A DNA stretch of 64,000 nucleotides from contig CM060731.1 of the NCBI GenBank assembly GCA_030704615.1, positions 72,664,001-72,728,000 of the forward strand, written 5' to 3'. The notes under the pieces were generated by a model. The model searched no databases, had not been told where the DNA came from, and saw nothing but the letters and a program-made list of their open reading frames with translations. The translations under genes were made by a program, and so were the position numbers. This document shows, one piece after another, positions 1 to 12,991 of this stretch (the stretch's first letter is position 1; each line of letters opens with the position of its first letter). The DNA comes from Takakia lepidozioides (lineage: Eukaryota > Plantae > Bryophyta).

Positions 1-756
1 CCGGGTCTGAATCCAAGGCACGCATGAGCTCTGGATCATCCTATAGTGCATCACACTGACCATGTCACTTCTGCAATCCCGTGAACTCACTTAGCAGTGC
101 GAAAGCAATTCCAAATCGGCATCTCGAACCTCCAGAGATTTGTCATTTCTTTCTAATCTGCCCTGCATTCATCTACTGCACCCACGACAGACATGACGAT
201 CTCCCAAATTCCACATTTGCATTTGTGGGTTGTTTTCTTTGCAAGATCAGCTTGAACAGACGAACAGACCCACTCCAACCACGGCTAGAACTTTATAAAT
301 CCGCGGCACGCACCTTGTTTCCACGGGCACCCATCGTGCCACCCAGATTTCGCAGCGTTAATGTTTCCAGTTTCCACCTCCGCATCTCATCAGTTGTCTC
401 CTGAGAACTGACACTTGGACAAAGAGACCGGCCATGGACGCTAGGTGATTGGCTGTAGCTGGGTGGGGTTGTGAGGTACATCCCCCCAAAAATGGTGTGA
501 AATGAGAGCCAACAATTACTTTACCCCCTGGCAGCACGGCCCAACTGCTCATGTGCCTAGCACAAGAGTCATATGTACATGGAAAGAGGGGATGAGGTGT
601 GTGATGAAGCTTGGATATGAAGGAGAAGATGGGCAGCAGGGAGGGGCCGTGTAAGGAGGAACAGCAGAAGCAGTGGGTGAGTGTGCGCAGGCAGAGCCCA
701 TGTGTGCAAGAAGATCCCCGCTTCGTCTTCGTTTCCTGGAAAATGCCATAGGTTCA

Positions 757-1045
757 GCCGAACATCTTTCCCTTGTTAGCATGTATGCCAAATGTGGGAG
801 CTTGAAGGATGGACGTCAAGTGTTTGACAAAATGCCTGATCACAATGTGGTCTCATGGAGTGCAATGATCGCAGGATATGCAAACATAACCGTGAGCAGA
901 GCTGTTGATATGCACATGCTGCTCTTGTATGCCAAATGAGGGAGCGTAGAGGATGCGCGTCATGTGTTCGACATATAGCTCACCGAAATGTGGTCTCATG
1001 GACTGCAATCGGCATGGGTGGAGTAGAGAAGCTTTTGAGATCTAT
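757..1045 (+). pseudogene. Degenerate PLS-class PPR fragment
   Basis: [36 protein letters not shown], followed by a second repeat broken by a stop (TGA 937-939) and frameshifts. Confidence 0.8.
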
Positions 1046-2990
1046 AAACACATGATAGATTTTTCCAATGTTGATGGGTGCCGGGATCCCTTGACTTCTA
1101 CTGGTTCAGAATAAGGGCTGAATATAAGGATGTGTGGGAGGGTGGCTGCACACAGATATGAGTTAGAATTGAAGATTGTGCCAAGGGATCCCAGTTTAGA
1201 GGCGAAATGCAAATTAGATGCTTGAGTACGAATCCACCATGTACTTTCCATTTCGTGCCAATGTCAAAGAGGTATGTCACACTCCCATCGTCCTATTGAA
1301 GGCCATGGACCCCTCTGACCTATTTTGGGTACACCTGCTTCATGAGGCGTGCAAAGTCTTGCGGAGGTCAAGGATCTAATTTTCTTTAGATAGCTCATTC
1401 TAGCAGCATGAAAGGTAGTGTCTTGGTGTTTGTGAAGATTGTGCAACTCTGCCCCCTGTGTGCGCGAAATAGTTAGGTCAAATCTTATTTTTCACTGCTC
1501 TGAGTAAAAGTCATCTCACAAGGCCACACTTCTGTGCATGGAGGAGTAGTGAGTTTGAACCCCTCAAAAAACTAAGACATCTCTGACACCAGGATTACGG
1601 GTGCAGTCTATGCTTAACAGCAGGGGTGAGCCCGAGTTCATGCTACCTCAGTGCTATGTCCAACAAGCCCCCCCATTGCAGGTATGCCCTTCACCAGTCA
1701 ACCTTTTCAAAATGTGGCCCTGGCATAATTGTATTCTAAAGTTAGGGCATTATCTTTGAGCATTTAGTGGTTTTATTAATTCATGTAGGTTCTCTATCAA
1801 CTTGCAAAGCAATGAAGAGATCGTGCTGTGATTGTATCCCCTGGGACTTGAACTGGTTACGCAAGCACAGTGGGATTTTAAAGCATAGCCTGGAGAGATC
1901 TCATGGAGGGAGTTGTTATAAATCAAAGATTTATCAAACAAAAACCGGTTTGCGGTTGGAGTGGCTACTTGGAGTTCGTGTCAAAAACGGAAGTAGAACA
2001 TGAGAACGTCTTACAGAGTTTTCGAAAGGCGGCTTATGTAGTTTCTCTGCATTTCACGAAAGACTCGTGGTTTTTCTTCCATTGTCCATTAAAGCATGTG
2101 CCATTTTGAGCTTAAATTCAGGATGTTTTTGGGCACAAAAATGTAACACTTCTAATTGGGGTTATTGTCTGGTGTATCTACAGCCTGGCAATTTCAGTAA
2201 GTTTCAGCAAGATACTCTGTTCTACATTTTCTACAGGTACAAATTGGGTACTATGATCCTTATCGCTTGCTTTTAGTCTAGTGGCAGTTTCTATGCTTCA
2301 AATATTTTTGGTCCCAGTCTTTTGGTGGAGATTACAGTAATGTCTTTCCGTCGTGATGTGGCAGTGGTCTGTTCACCAGGGAATAATCATTCTCTGGACA
2401 CCTAAATTTGTGTTGGTTTGTCTTGATATTCAATCTTTTGTTTGTGAATATTTATAGGGGTAAGTTTGGCCGCCTAGGAATCTTTCTGGCTCGTTGCAAA
2501 AGTCTCGTTCCCTTAGGGGAGGAAAATAGGGGAGGGATCATTGACATAAGACCTCGGTTGGTTATCTAAGGGTTTGTCATTTCTGTGCAGCATGCCTAAT
2601 GATGAGGCGCAACGGTATGGAGCGACCAGAAACAGAGTGTGGAGCGACCAGAAACAGTACGCAGTTGATCCTCAAACTAAAGGACTTATGTAGTTTGCTA
2701 GCTGTGGTAATATGTAGCAAACAGCCTATCCTTCTTCCTTTAAAGTATCTGCGAGCATGTTATGTGTTAATAAGTTTGAGTACAAAGCTCTGTAACTAAG
2801 ATTTGAGTCATGCAGGATTGGAAGGTCCTACAAGGCACAGCTGTTTGTTGGACTTGAGGCTGGCAGCAGGGGTAGTTCCTCCAGCCTCACCACTGCTTTT
2901 GAAGGGCCACCGAGAGAGGGAGTCAATGGGAACTATTCTGGCACTTACAAGGATGTAAAGACAATATGTAAGGCAGGACGGCATAAAGAA

Positions 2991-5141
2991 GTGCTGCACA
3001 TTTTGGACCAACGTGGCATTCAGGTAGACACCAATACATACATCTGCATCTTGCAGGAGTGCATCAACTTGAAAGATCTAGCAGAAGGAACGCGGGTTCA
3101 TGCCCACATTCTCCAATGTGGATTAAAGCCAAACACCTTTCTACTCAGCACCCTTTTCAAAATGTATGCCAGGTGTGGGAGCATGGTGGATGCACAGCAA
3201 GTGTTTTTAAAAATGCCTGAGCGAAGTTTGTTTGCATGGACTGAAATGATAGCAGGATATGCCAAACATGGGCGTGGTAGGGAGGCTCTCATTGTCTATG
3301 AGCAAATGAAAAGGGAAGGGGTGACTCCAGACAAGGTCACGTTCACTTGCATTCTCAATGCCTGTGCCAGCCTAGGGGCCCTTGAAAAGGGCAAAGCAGT
3401 CCATGATGATATCATCAAGGCTGGAATTGTACCAGATATCATTCTGGAGACTGCCCTTGGTAACATGTATGCCAAAAGTGGGAGCGTGAATGATGCGCGC
3501 AAAGTGTTTGACAATATGACTTTACGAGATGTGGTCTCATGGAACGCCATGATTGCAGGATATGCAAAGCATGGGTGTGGTAGGGAAGCCTTCCAGACAT
3601 ATGAGAAGATGCTAAATGAAGGGGTGCCTCGCAACAAAGTCACGTTCATCTGCGTTCTCAAGTCGTGTGCCACACTAGGGTCTCTAGAAATGGGCAAAAA
3701 GGTCCACGCCGACATCAGGAAAAGTGGAATTTCACCTGATATTAATCTGGAAAACACCCTTGTTGACATGTATGCAAAATGTGGGAGCGTAACTGATGCA
3801 CGTCAAGTGTTCAACAAAATGGCTCAACGAGATGTTGTGTCATGGAACGCAATGATCGGGGGATGCGCTCAGCATGAGTGTGGAAGGGAAGCTTTGGAGA
3901 TCTATGAGTGGATGATAGGGGAAGGGGTGAAGCCAGACAACATAACGTTCATTTGCGTTCTCAATGCATGTGCCAGCCTAGGAACCCTGGATAAGGGCAA
4001 AGCGATCCACGCTGACATTGTCAAAGCTGTTATTGCGCCTGATGTCATTTTGGAGACTGCCCTTGCTGACATGTATGCCAAATGTGGGAGCATGAGTGAT
4101 GCACGTCAAGTATTTGACAAAATGGCTAAGCGAGATGTGTGCTCATGGAGCGTGATGATCACAGGATATGCTCAGCATGGATGTGGTATGGAGGCTTTTG
4201 AGATCTACAAGGAAATGATAGGGGAAGCGGTGACACCCGACAGGATCACATTCATTTCCATTCTCAACGCATGTGCCAGCATAGGAGCATTGGAAAAGGG
4301 CAAAGAGATCCATGCTTGCATCAGCGAAAGTGGAATTGCACCAGATATCATCCTGGAGAACACCCTTCTTGACATGTATGCCAAATGTGGGAGTGTCAAG
4401 GATGCTCGCCAAGTGTTTGACAACATGACCCATCGAGATGTGGTCTCATGGAATGCAATGATTGCAGGATATGCCCAGCTTGGGCGTGGTAGGGAGGCTT
4501 TGGAGATCTATGAGCAAATGATGTGGGAAGGGCTGACACCCGACAACATCACCTTCATTTGCATTCTCAATGCATGTGCTAGCCTGGCTGCCCTGGGAAA
4601 TGGCAAAGAGGTTCATGCCGACATCGTGAAGGCCGGTTTCATGCCAGATATCATTCTGGAGACTGCCCTTGCTGACATGTATGCCAAATGTGGGAGCCTC
4701 AAGGATGCGCATCAAGTGTTCGACAACATGGTTCAACGAAACGTGGTTTCATGGAACGTGATTATTGCAGGATATGCTCAGCATGGGTGTGCTTGGGAGG
4801 CGCTTCACCTATTTGAACTAATGCAAAAGGAAGGCCTGAGGCCAGATGAAATTACCTTTGTAGGTGTTCTCACTGCATGTAGCCATGCCGGCCTGGTGGA
4901 TGAAGGTTGTCACTACTTTGATTCCATGAGTGGAGATCATGGCCTCAGTCCCACAGTGGAGCATTTTGGCTGCATGGTGGACCTTCTTGGCCGTGTAGGG
5001 CGATTGGGTGAGGCAGAGGACCTGATTGATAAAATGCCAATCAAACCAGATGATTCGGTTTGGGTGGCCTTGCTTGGTGCATGCAGAATTCATGGTGATG
5101 TGGACCTAGCAGAACGTGTGGCAAAATGCCTTTTCAAGTAA
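2991..5141 (+). CDS. PLS-class pentatricopeptide repeat protein; E/DYW tail degenerate; true start probably upstream or spliced
   Basis: 716-aa ORF of repeated MYAKCGS..DA..VFD.M..RDVVSW / VTF..ILNACA.LGALE.GK motifs ending in E1 (WVALLGACRIHG). The frame is open upstream (KDVKTICKAGRH) without an ATG. Confidence 0.9.
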   Translation: MLHILDQRGIQVDTNTYICILQECINLKDLAEGTRVHAHILQCGLKPNTFLLSTLFKMYARCGSMVDAQQVFLKMPERSLFAWTEMIAGYAKHGRGREALIVYEQMKREGVTPDKVTFTCILNACASLGALEKGKAVHDDIIKAGIVPDIILETALGNMYAKSGSVNDARKVFDNMTLRDVVSWNAMIAGYAKHGCGREAFQTYEKMLNEGVPRNKVTFICVLKSCATLGSLEMGKKVHADIRKSGISPDINLENTLVDMYAKCGSVTDARQVFNKMAQRDVVSWNAMIGGCAQHECGREALEIYEWMIGEGVKPDNITFICVLNACASLGTLDKGKAIHADIVKAVIAPDVILETALADMYAKCGSMSDARQVFDKMAKRDVCSWSVMITGYAQHGCGMEAFEIYKEMIGEAVTPDRITFISILNACASIGALEKGKEIHACISESGIAPDIILENTLLDMYAKCGSVKDARQVFDNMTHRDVVSWNAMIAGYAQLGRGREALEIYEQMMWEGLTPDNITFICILNACASLAALGNGKEVHADIVKAGFMPDIILETALADMYAKCGSLKDAHQVFDNMVQRNVVSWNVIIAGYAQHGCAWEALHLFELMQKEGLRPDEITFVGVLTACSHAGLVDEGCHYFDSMSGDHGLSPTVEHFGCMVDLLGRVGRLGEAEDLIDKMPIKPDDSVWVALLGACRIHGDVDLAERVAKCLFK

Positions 5142-5445
5142 GATCCACAGCATGCTATAACTTGTTATGTACTTCTATCGAACATCTATGCTGCGGTTGG
5201 CAGGTGGCACTATCAAGCTAAGGTGAAAACAATGATGAAAGATACAGGTGTCAGAAAGGAGCCGGGCGCAACTGCATGGAGGTGGACGAGGGTGCATACA
5301 TTCCTAGTAGATGACAAATTCCATCCAGATATTGTGAAATCTATGCTGAGCTGAACTGATTGTCCGGACTGATGAAGGAGGCAGGGTACATGCCCACGCT
5401 TTGTGTTACACATGATGTGGAGGAGCAAAAGGAATTTTCTCTTGA
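5142..5445 (+). pseudogene. Frameshifted E2/E+ tail of the preceding PPR gene; DYW core missing
   Basis: Out-of-frame remnants YVLLSNIYAAVGRW, GVRKEPG and MKEAGYMP..HDVEEQKE, then unrelated sequence. Confidence 0.75.
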
Positions 5446-7113
5446 GAGAGTGCTCAAGGCCAAGACCACCAGTCGACACGACCACTACTCGCCCAAGCTT
5501 GAGAGTAACATGGAAGGCACAGGGGATCTCTTAGGCTACCTTTCAAAACTTGAAAAAGAACTGGGCACCTTGGAAGACAGATGTGGCCACTTCATTCAAG
5601 GGAAAAGTAGTGCCTCTGAGACAACTCCTGCACAATCATTGTCCAACACGATCAACCTCCGAAAAAAAGAAACCAAAGACATAAATTGATCCGGCTTTTG
5701 CTCATGTGGGTAGGCGCCAATCGTCCTGTATGTATAGAGGTTTGCTGGCACCAGGACCCCGACAGATCATTCCTATTTGCTTCTTGGCTTAGATGTTTGT
5801 CGATTCTTATGCCTACGGTAGTGGTGTGTTCTCCGCGATTTGCTGCTTCGTGAAGGAAGCAAGGGATGGTCTTTGTGATTGCTTCATTTGATGGGTCCTT
5901 TGCCTGTCTTGGCCTATTGCCCATTTACAGTGTTGACCAGATCTTTCCTGCATTCTTGACATTCGTCTTGGCGTTTTGGGGCTGTTAGCCGGGGGTCTCT
6001 TGCCAACCTTTAGTTTGATCGGCAGGCTGATTATCTCTTGTGTAATGATGTGGTCCTGCACGTTAGCCCATTGCCTTGTGTGATAGTCACTTACTATGCT
6101 AAGGGGGGCAATTATTCATTGATGTTCACGTGTGCACGATATCTCGGTGGTGCAGGACTTCATATGAATATGTTGGGTTGCTCTACTAGCCATTGCGGGT
6201 CTCCCATACATGAAGGCAATTTTTGACGATTTTTTTTCAGCATCTTTTTGTTGGGCTAGCACATCTGCGTGATATTGAGCATGTCCTTTGGAGTTGATAT
6301 ACAGGGGGGGTAGATGTTGTATCATGGTATGAGAGGAACTGGCATTCCAAAGACTCTGCTTCTAAGGCAGGTTCGATGAGTGACATCTTTACTTGTAATT
6401 GTGCTCTTGAGTATATTATGTTGGATGCTGGGCAGTAGGATATCGGTGGCTTTGTGTGAGGGTCGTTGTTGTAGACAGGTTGTAAACAATGTATTAATAC
6501 CATTAGGATCAGTTTGGACCTTTGCATGTCAGGGGCACTGGCAGAGTGGTCTAGATAGCACATCATGCGGGCCAATTGCGATATCACATAATCTGGACTG
6601 CCACTTTTGGGTGTGGATACGGTATGGATGTGAGGGGGCATTTGAGATGCTCATAGCACTGGCATCCAGTGGTGACTTTCAGGATTTGGGCATGCTTCCG
6701 TAGGGAATGCTTCAGTAGATGTTCCCATTCGGTGATAGGAAGGAGTTTGCAAACCAAACTTTCCCAAAGAATAATAATTATCTACTCCTATACATGTTTG
6801 GCCTTTTCCTTCTTATTTCCTCTTTGAGTAATAATCCTATGACATTATCCACCGATAGGTTGTTTTGCCCTGTTAGTGCTACTACAAACCCGTCATAAGA
6901 TACTGGTAAGCAACACTAGTGCTGCATGCTCGTCTGAAACTGAAGTTCCTATTGCTTCTGGCTGTCTTCTCAAGACATTGAAGGAACTTAATTGTAACTC
7001 TACCCTCTATGTTTCATTCATTTTTAGATTGTAAAGACGAGTAGTGGCAAACAGATTTGACGTGATGTTGAGGCCATACAGGTTCAAACCTTTCCCCCAA
7101 AGCTGGACTCTCA

Positions 7114-7175
7114 TTTCATCCCACGGATGAAAAAATGAATTTTTCATCCAGCAGTCAGCCAGAATTCATCCATCG
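7114..7175. repeat. TTTCATCC-nnn-GGATGAAA palindrome cluster, same motif family as 28044-28410
   Basis: Hairpin tttcatcc-cac-ggatgaaa at 7114-7132, with further ttcatcc copies nearby. Confidence 0.55.
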
Positions 7176-10100
7176 ATGATTGATCTAGCCCTCTATTCTT
7201 CATTCTTCAAAACACGCCCATTACACTTGAATAATATATCCAGGTGGGTCCGCTGTTGGTTCCTCCACCTATTTTAAGACCTAGTGCCAACGGAAATAAC
7301 CCCCTCTCCCCCACCCCAAACCCTCTTCTACCCCTCCCAAAAGCTTTGGACATCTTGTCCTATTTTCGTGGCGCGGCGCCAGTGGCAGTCCGTTCAGACC
7401 AGCGGTCGCTGACCCACGGTCCGTCGCGGGGACCACGGGGTCCAGCAACAAAACAAATAAAACCAAATGGGGGGCGGGCCCGTCTTGCGTGTCTGTCGCG
7501 TGTCTTGGGGGATCAACGCCTCAGATCGTGGATGAGTTGACAGCCCGCCCCCACTCTATAGCCATTGCATGGCTATTGCCTTGCTTTTCCCTCCTTGGCG
7601 CCTTAAATTAAGGTCAAACCTTCATGATGGGGATGGATCTTGCATGGTACCTACAAAACATAGCATGGTTTCCTAGCCCACATGTTAGGATGGTCCTTAG
7701 GCTTGCTTATATAAACTTGGAGGCCATGTAAGGCTAAGATTTTAGGCCTGAAAATTAACTTAGATTCTAGAAGAAATTTCCAGCGACTACATATGCTTAC
7801 ATAAAAACACAAAACACAATGTGTTAGCTCTTCCACACTCCCTCTTAAGTTTAGGGAGGGGGGGTGCTTAACCACCAAGCCACTTGAAGAACAAAGATGA
7901 GCTTAATAAAAGGCTAAGCCTCACTCACTTGCTTCCAAAGGCAAAAAATAAGAATAACAAGAAGGTTTCCCACCAAGCTATGCAAGCATCTACCCAAGGG
8001 TTAGTTGGTTAGTTTCTTGGTTAGCTTCACACATAAAAAAAAGGCCTAGTGGCCAAGGAAATGAGAACACCCACCCAAGTTAGAGACCCCACTGCATGGT
8101 TAGCACTCTAAGGGTTAGATTCTTCCACTCTTAGTACAAAAACCACAAACTCAAAACTACAAAGCAATTGACAACTCCATGGGCCTCTTGACCACTATGG
8201 AGGGTTAGGATCCCTCTTTTTCCCAAGCACCCACCACCCTTTTGTTAGTAGGACTAGGCAAGGGTTAGTACAAAGGACCTTCAACAACAAAGCACATAAA
8301 CACAAAGTAAAGCAATGAGCAAAGGAAGAAAATGTCTTTCTCTCCACTCTTGAGTGTTTTCCTTTGCTAAGTGGGCTACCAAAACCTAGGGGAAGGGGTA
8401 GAAGCTCACCTCTCCTATGGGTTTTGTTGCTTCGTACCTCTTCTTCTCTCTCTAGGGGCTCACCACACTCCAAAGTGAAACACCGCTCTTTTTGGGGAAG
8501 ATCTCTCCTTTTTCAATGCATAAAATGACACTTGGCCTCACAAACTTAGGCACGGCCTAGAGTATCTCCAGTCTTCCTAAGCTCCACTAGTTGTCTCCTC
8601 CAAGCTTGTATTAAAATGAATATAGGTTAAACTCTACGCCACAAGCAAACTAGGACTTCACACTAAGTTGCCTCCAACAAAGCTTGTCTCTCTCAAGCAA
8701 GCTTCTAAGCAACTAACTAACAAAGCACTAACAAGCAAAAAACTAGAATTACTATATACTAGAAATTCTATTAAAAAAATTGGATGGTATATCCCAAATC
8801 CTTGGCTGAAGAAAGATTTCAACCATTCTTGGTTGGTAGGTGTCATATTTCATCCAACCAGCTGTCCTAGGGTGCTCTTAGATATTTTAGGCCCAAAAAT
8901 CCACTCCATTTGAATTCTTGTGGCCACGAACGCTTGATTGTTGCAAATCTCCTTCAAAATTCTTGAAAAGTTCCTTGGGGTATTATTGTCATCCCCACCA
9001 AACTTTAGCTCCATTGGGTTCCACCATCAACCATGAAAAATCACCAAGCCGCAAATCCACGTGAAAATAAAGTTTTCAATGCGTAACATATTTTTTGGTT
9101 GTGGACAGATCGACGATTGGGGATGAAACTCCTTCCACATCATCATATACCACTAATAGACACACTAAAAAAAACCCTTCCCAAACAGCGCTCGATACTG
9201 ACTTCGTCCTATCGGTTGAAGGTACTTCGTACAGTAAAATCCTAGCCAGTAACTACCGCTGAGTAAAACCTCTTTTGGATTTTTAGTAGGAGACCAAGAC
9301 CTCTTGGAAGCTCCTTGAATTGAATTCACACACAAATACTTAAATGTCATCATGGGAAAAAAGATATATTGCAGGCAGTTTGCAACTTGCGATATTGCAG
9401 TGCATGTTTTGCTTTAGTGAACTAAAACATAGAGGAACCCATGCTTGATCCCTGTCAATAGCGTGTTCGAGCGTGAAATGAAATCATGACAAGAGCATGT
9501 GTACTCCACGCATCCAACGTCCTCTTTGAAACTGCATTGGAGCAACGTAAAAATTGATACCTAGCAAATTGCGAGACAGTTGTCAACCGTGTCATTTAAA
9601 ATATAACCGAGTGGGTAGTTTGTTGTTGAGGTCAAGCTATCCTGGGTCGCCTTCGTTGATAGTGATTGGATGTTGAGGTGAGAAACAGGCAGGCCGTTGC
9701 CTACAGTCCAGTGTAGCTACGGCGTGAGCCCAGCTCTATGAGCCTAGGAGCTGAGGTCACGCTTGGCTGACGTGGCGTGAGCCCAGGCTCCATCTGCATG
9801 ACGTGGAGTAAACGTACGTGCGCCACGTAAACGTGACTGTCCGCCATGTCAGCAGATGTCAGAACACATTTGGCGAAAAAAAAATGTGTCTATATCAGAG
9901 GGACCTATAACCGTGGGAATAGACATTTACAGTATGCCGACTTATGCTGCATGTTCCAAACAAACCGACAATGAAAAGAAACTCCGTGACTGCAATGTTA
10001 TGCAATCTGCCAACTTAAGCTGCATATTGCAGACAAACCGACAATAAAAAGAGACCCGTCTACGTTTCCTTCCATTTCCCCTTTCCTTTGCCTCTCTCCT

Positions 10101-10354
10101 CACCTGCAGGTCTTTTTTTTGCTTTTCGAGAAAGTGTTCTGATCCGGTGTACTTGCCACACGGTTGTCAGGGCATCTGCGTGGGAACAAAAAAAAAAAAC
10201 AAAACGTGTGTGGGATGGGCAGCTGCAGAGAAAACGTGCACCGCAGATGCCCTGAAAGTAGTGTACGGCACGTACCTCCATCCATTCCTCTCAAACAATC
10301 TAACAGTAGAGACACTTTCGGGATGGATGGGAAAGTTGCATGATAGAGTTACAT

Positions 10355-10450
10355 CATAAAGGTAGATGATAGAGATGGATGATAAAGGTGGATGATAAAG
10401 CTATATGATAGACCTACAAGATAAAGGTGGATGATAAAAGTGGATGATAT
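10355..10450. repeat. Short degenerate tandem repeat (GATAAAGGTGGAT-like)
   Basis: Repeated gataaaggtggatgataaa units. Confidence 0.7.
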
Positions 10451-10865
10451 TGTGGTGGTGTGACTGGAAAAGGGATTACTTCCGCGGAAATAGGAACCTC
10501 CCGCGGAAATACGTCCAGTATCTTGGAAATAAATGCGTGACGTGGCGTGAGTCTGGCTGGGCTCACAGACTAACAGGGTCACGATATAGCAACCCCTGCT
10601 TGCAGTCGTATACCAAGCCTTTAGATGTTCGAATTCGGACGATTGGAATCGCACAACTTCAACTGCTGCTCCTTGCAAGTACCCTAGTCGTATAAACGCC
10701 TGAGTGTTTTGGCTTCATGGACGTCGCAGATCCTTCCATGGGCTATACCAGTAGTTGTGTCGATGTTTCGTCAATCTGTAACAAATGGTCCTGATTCTGC
10801 ACTGTCTACGTACATTTCGGCTCTCATGGCCTCAAAAACATTCTAACAAAAATCCGTGCAATAAT

Positions 10866-11670
10866 TTATGCACCTACAGTGCTCTCCCTAAGAGAATAAT
10901 CTGCATAAAAGATAATACTGCAACTAACAGAGAGTTTTTGTGTGATAGGGTCATAAAGACAATAGCCTTTCATGCCCACGCTTTCTCCATATCCAGTAAA
11001 AAATACACTTGGTAGCTTTGGATCAAGTTTTTTTCTTGTCTCATCTGGAATATGCTCACAGGCAGGACAACCAAAGACACGAAGGTGGTGGATGTCGGGT
11101 TTTGTACTTGTCCAAGCTTCATAAGGGGTCAAACATAGAACGGAAGAAGTGTAAGAGACGTTTTGAAGGTAACATGTTGTAGAAACAGCTTCAGCCCAAA
11201 AAATATGGGGCAACCGGGCTGATTGCAACATGCTCCTAGCAGACTCCACCAGTGTCTTGTATGTTTGAAACTTGGAGAAGACTTCAGATTTCTTTTTAAG
11301 AAAATACACCATAGTATATCTAGAGTAATCATCCACAAATATCAAGAAATAACGTGCACCACCAAGAGATGGTGTCTGCATAGGCCCACACAAATCAGAG
11401 TGCACCAACTGTAACGGAACAGTGGCTCGAACCACTTTATGAATAGGAAAGCTGGACTTGTGATGTTTCCTTAAGCCACAACCCTCATAGAAAGGTAGTG
11501 TAGAGGACAAGGGTAGAAGGCCGGTGACATGGTAGTGGTAGACATATGTTGAAGAACATTGAAATTTAAATATCCCAGTCTATGGTGCCATTTAATTGTG
11601 TCTTCTTCTTCTGAAGAAAAGTGTGACACAGCAGATAGGGAACTGGAACTAGAAAGTAGTCTGATGTCTG
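10866..11670 (-). mobile_element. Ty1/Copia pre-integrase and integrase fragment (3' part of the Copia element at 19302-20710)
   Basis: KWHHRLGYLNF; LQLVHSDLCGPMQTPSLGGARYFLIFVDDYSRY; FWAEAVSTTCY; LRVFGCPA; RKKLDPK. Confidence 0.9.
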
Positions 11671-12960
11671 TGTCATGGTTTTAGTCATGGTTATCTAGAA
11701 TTACCTACTTCTAGTTAACTAGGACATTTTAGATATTTATATTTATATTTTGTGTGTTGGGACTTCATTTGGTCTCACATGCCAAGTGAGGTGTCGAGCC
11801 TCACTTGAGACATGGAGATAGGTTTTCCCCTTGTGAGTGTTGAGGAGGCTCATCTTCTTGTAGTTGAGCCTCCATGAGCTTCTCTCACCTCCATAGCTCT
11901 AGGTATTGAGAGGGAGTGTGTTGAGGGCTTTGTAGGGTGGATTCCTTTAGCAAAGGTGCCCTTGGCTTGACTTAGTTTATGTGATAGAGTGGATTTCACT
12001 TGGAAGGACTAGGGCTTGTTCTTCATGTGATTGCTTCATGCTTTGAGAGCTTTCATTGTCTTCTACTTCTCTCATTTCTCATCTCTTATCACTACAAGAA
12101 GATCACCTTATGTTTGTGAGTGCGGAGTGTAAGGATTAGTTTTGCACTTGTGTTTTAAAGAGGTTGAGAGCTAGGAGAATTTAGCTCTTGTATCATAAGG
12201 CTTGCAAGGGGTTGCAAGGAAAGGTGCTCGAGTATTGCATGCACCAAGGAGTTGGAGAGCTTGAGAAGAAAGCTCTTGAGTCACAAGATTTTGCAAGGAT
12301 TGTAAGGAGGAAGTCTTGTGTGTGTGGAAGCATGGATTCTAGGGTTTGAGAATCCTTTGTATGCATTATGGAGTCGATGGTGTGCGCCATGGCTTGTGGA
12401 GAGTGACTAAAGGCTTGTTAGTGCTCATTTCACTATCAAGCTAGGGTTAAGCAAGTTCAAAGTGTGGATGTTGTGGAAGAGAAGCCAAGGAGCTATATAT
12501 GCTTGGGCTTGAAAACAACAAGGGCAAGCACTTGGAGAGCACTAAGAAGCTCAAGAGGTTTTGAAAGGGAGCATGTGAAGAAATCTTCCAATCATGGTGG
12601 TGTGGAGCCAAGCTTAGGGTGGCATTGGAAGGGCTTGGAGAACATATGGTGGGAAATCCTTGAAGGGAAATCATCATTCAATGTATGCATAGCTTCACCC
12701 TAACTATGTAATGTGACAAGAGGGGGAGGCAATACTTGGCTATTCATGCTCTTGGTAGTGCGAGCTTTGTGGTGGATAGTTGACCAAGCAAGTGGTGCAT
12801 GTGTGGAGCATGCTCGCTTGAGTTTCTAAGTTCAAGTTTGAGAAGGGGAGCTCTTGAACTAGCAAGAGGTGAAGGCCTTTGAGATCCATTTGTGTGTGAA
12901 GTGGAGAGGTGTTGATTCATGTTATGATGAATGAGAGCAACACATAGGCCAAGAGGTCAT
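11671..12960 (+). mobile_element. 5' terminal repeat and leader of a relative of the DNMT-bearing Gypsy element (truncated)
   Basis: Starts TGTCA and the repeat ends TTATCA (12091). Shares the ggctca..tgagcc hairpin, the TGAGTGC-loop hairpin, gcacttgtg and gcatgtgtggagcatg with 32515-33800. Confidence 0.7.
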
Positions 12961-12991
12961 GAAACATGCATTCAAATGACCACGGGAGGCA

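Noticed and set aside
3098-5093. Many antisense ORFs over the PPR genes (also at 24283-25854, 52601-54266, 57094-58412)
   Set aside because: Shadow frames of repetitive PPR coding sequence with no independent motifs.
5445-6900. Possible degenerate LINE-derived insertion truncating the PPR tail
   Set aside because: No motif I could identify with confidence.
7650-9350. Possible LTR or leader-like TE remnant on the minus strand
   Set aside because: Composition resembles the Gypsy leaders, but no termini, TSD or clear homology were found.
9360-10860. ACGT-rich region as a G-box promoter or DNA-transposon end
   Set aside because: No associated gene, TIR or TSD could be defined.
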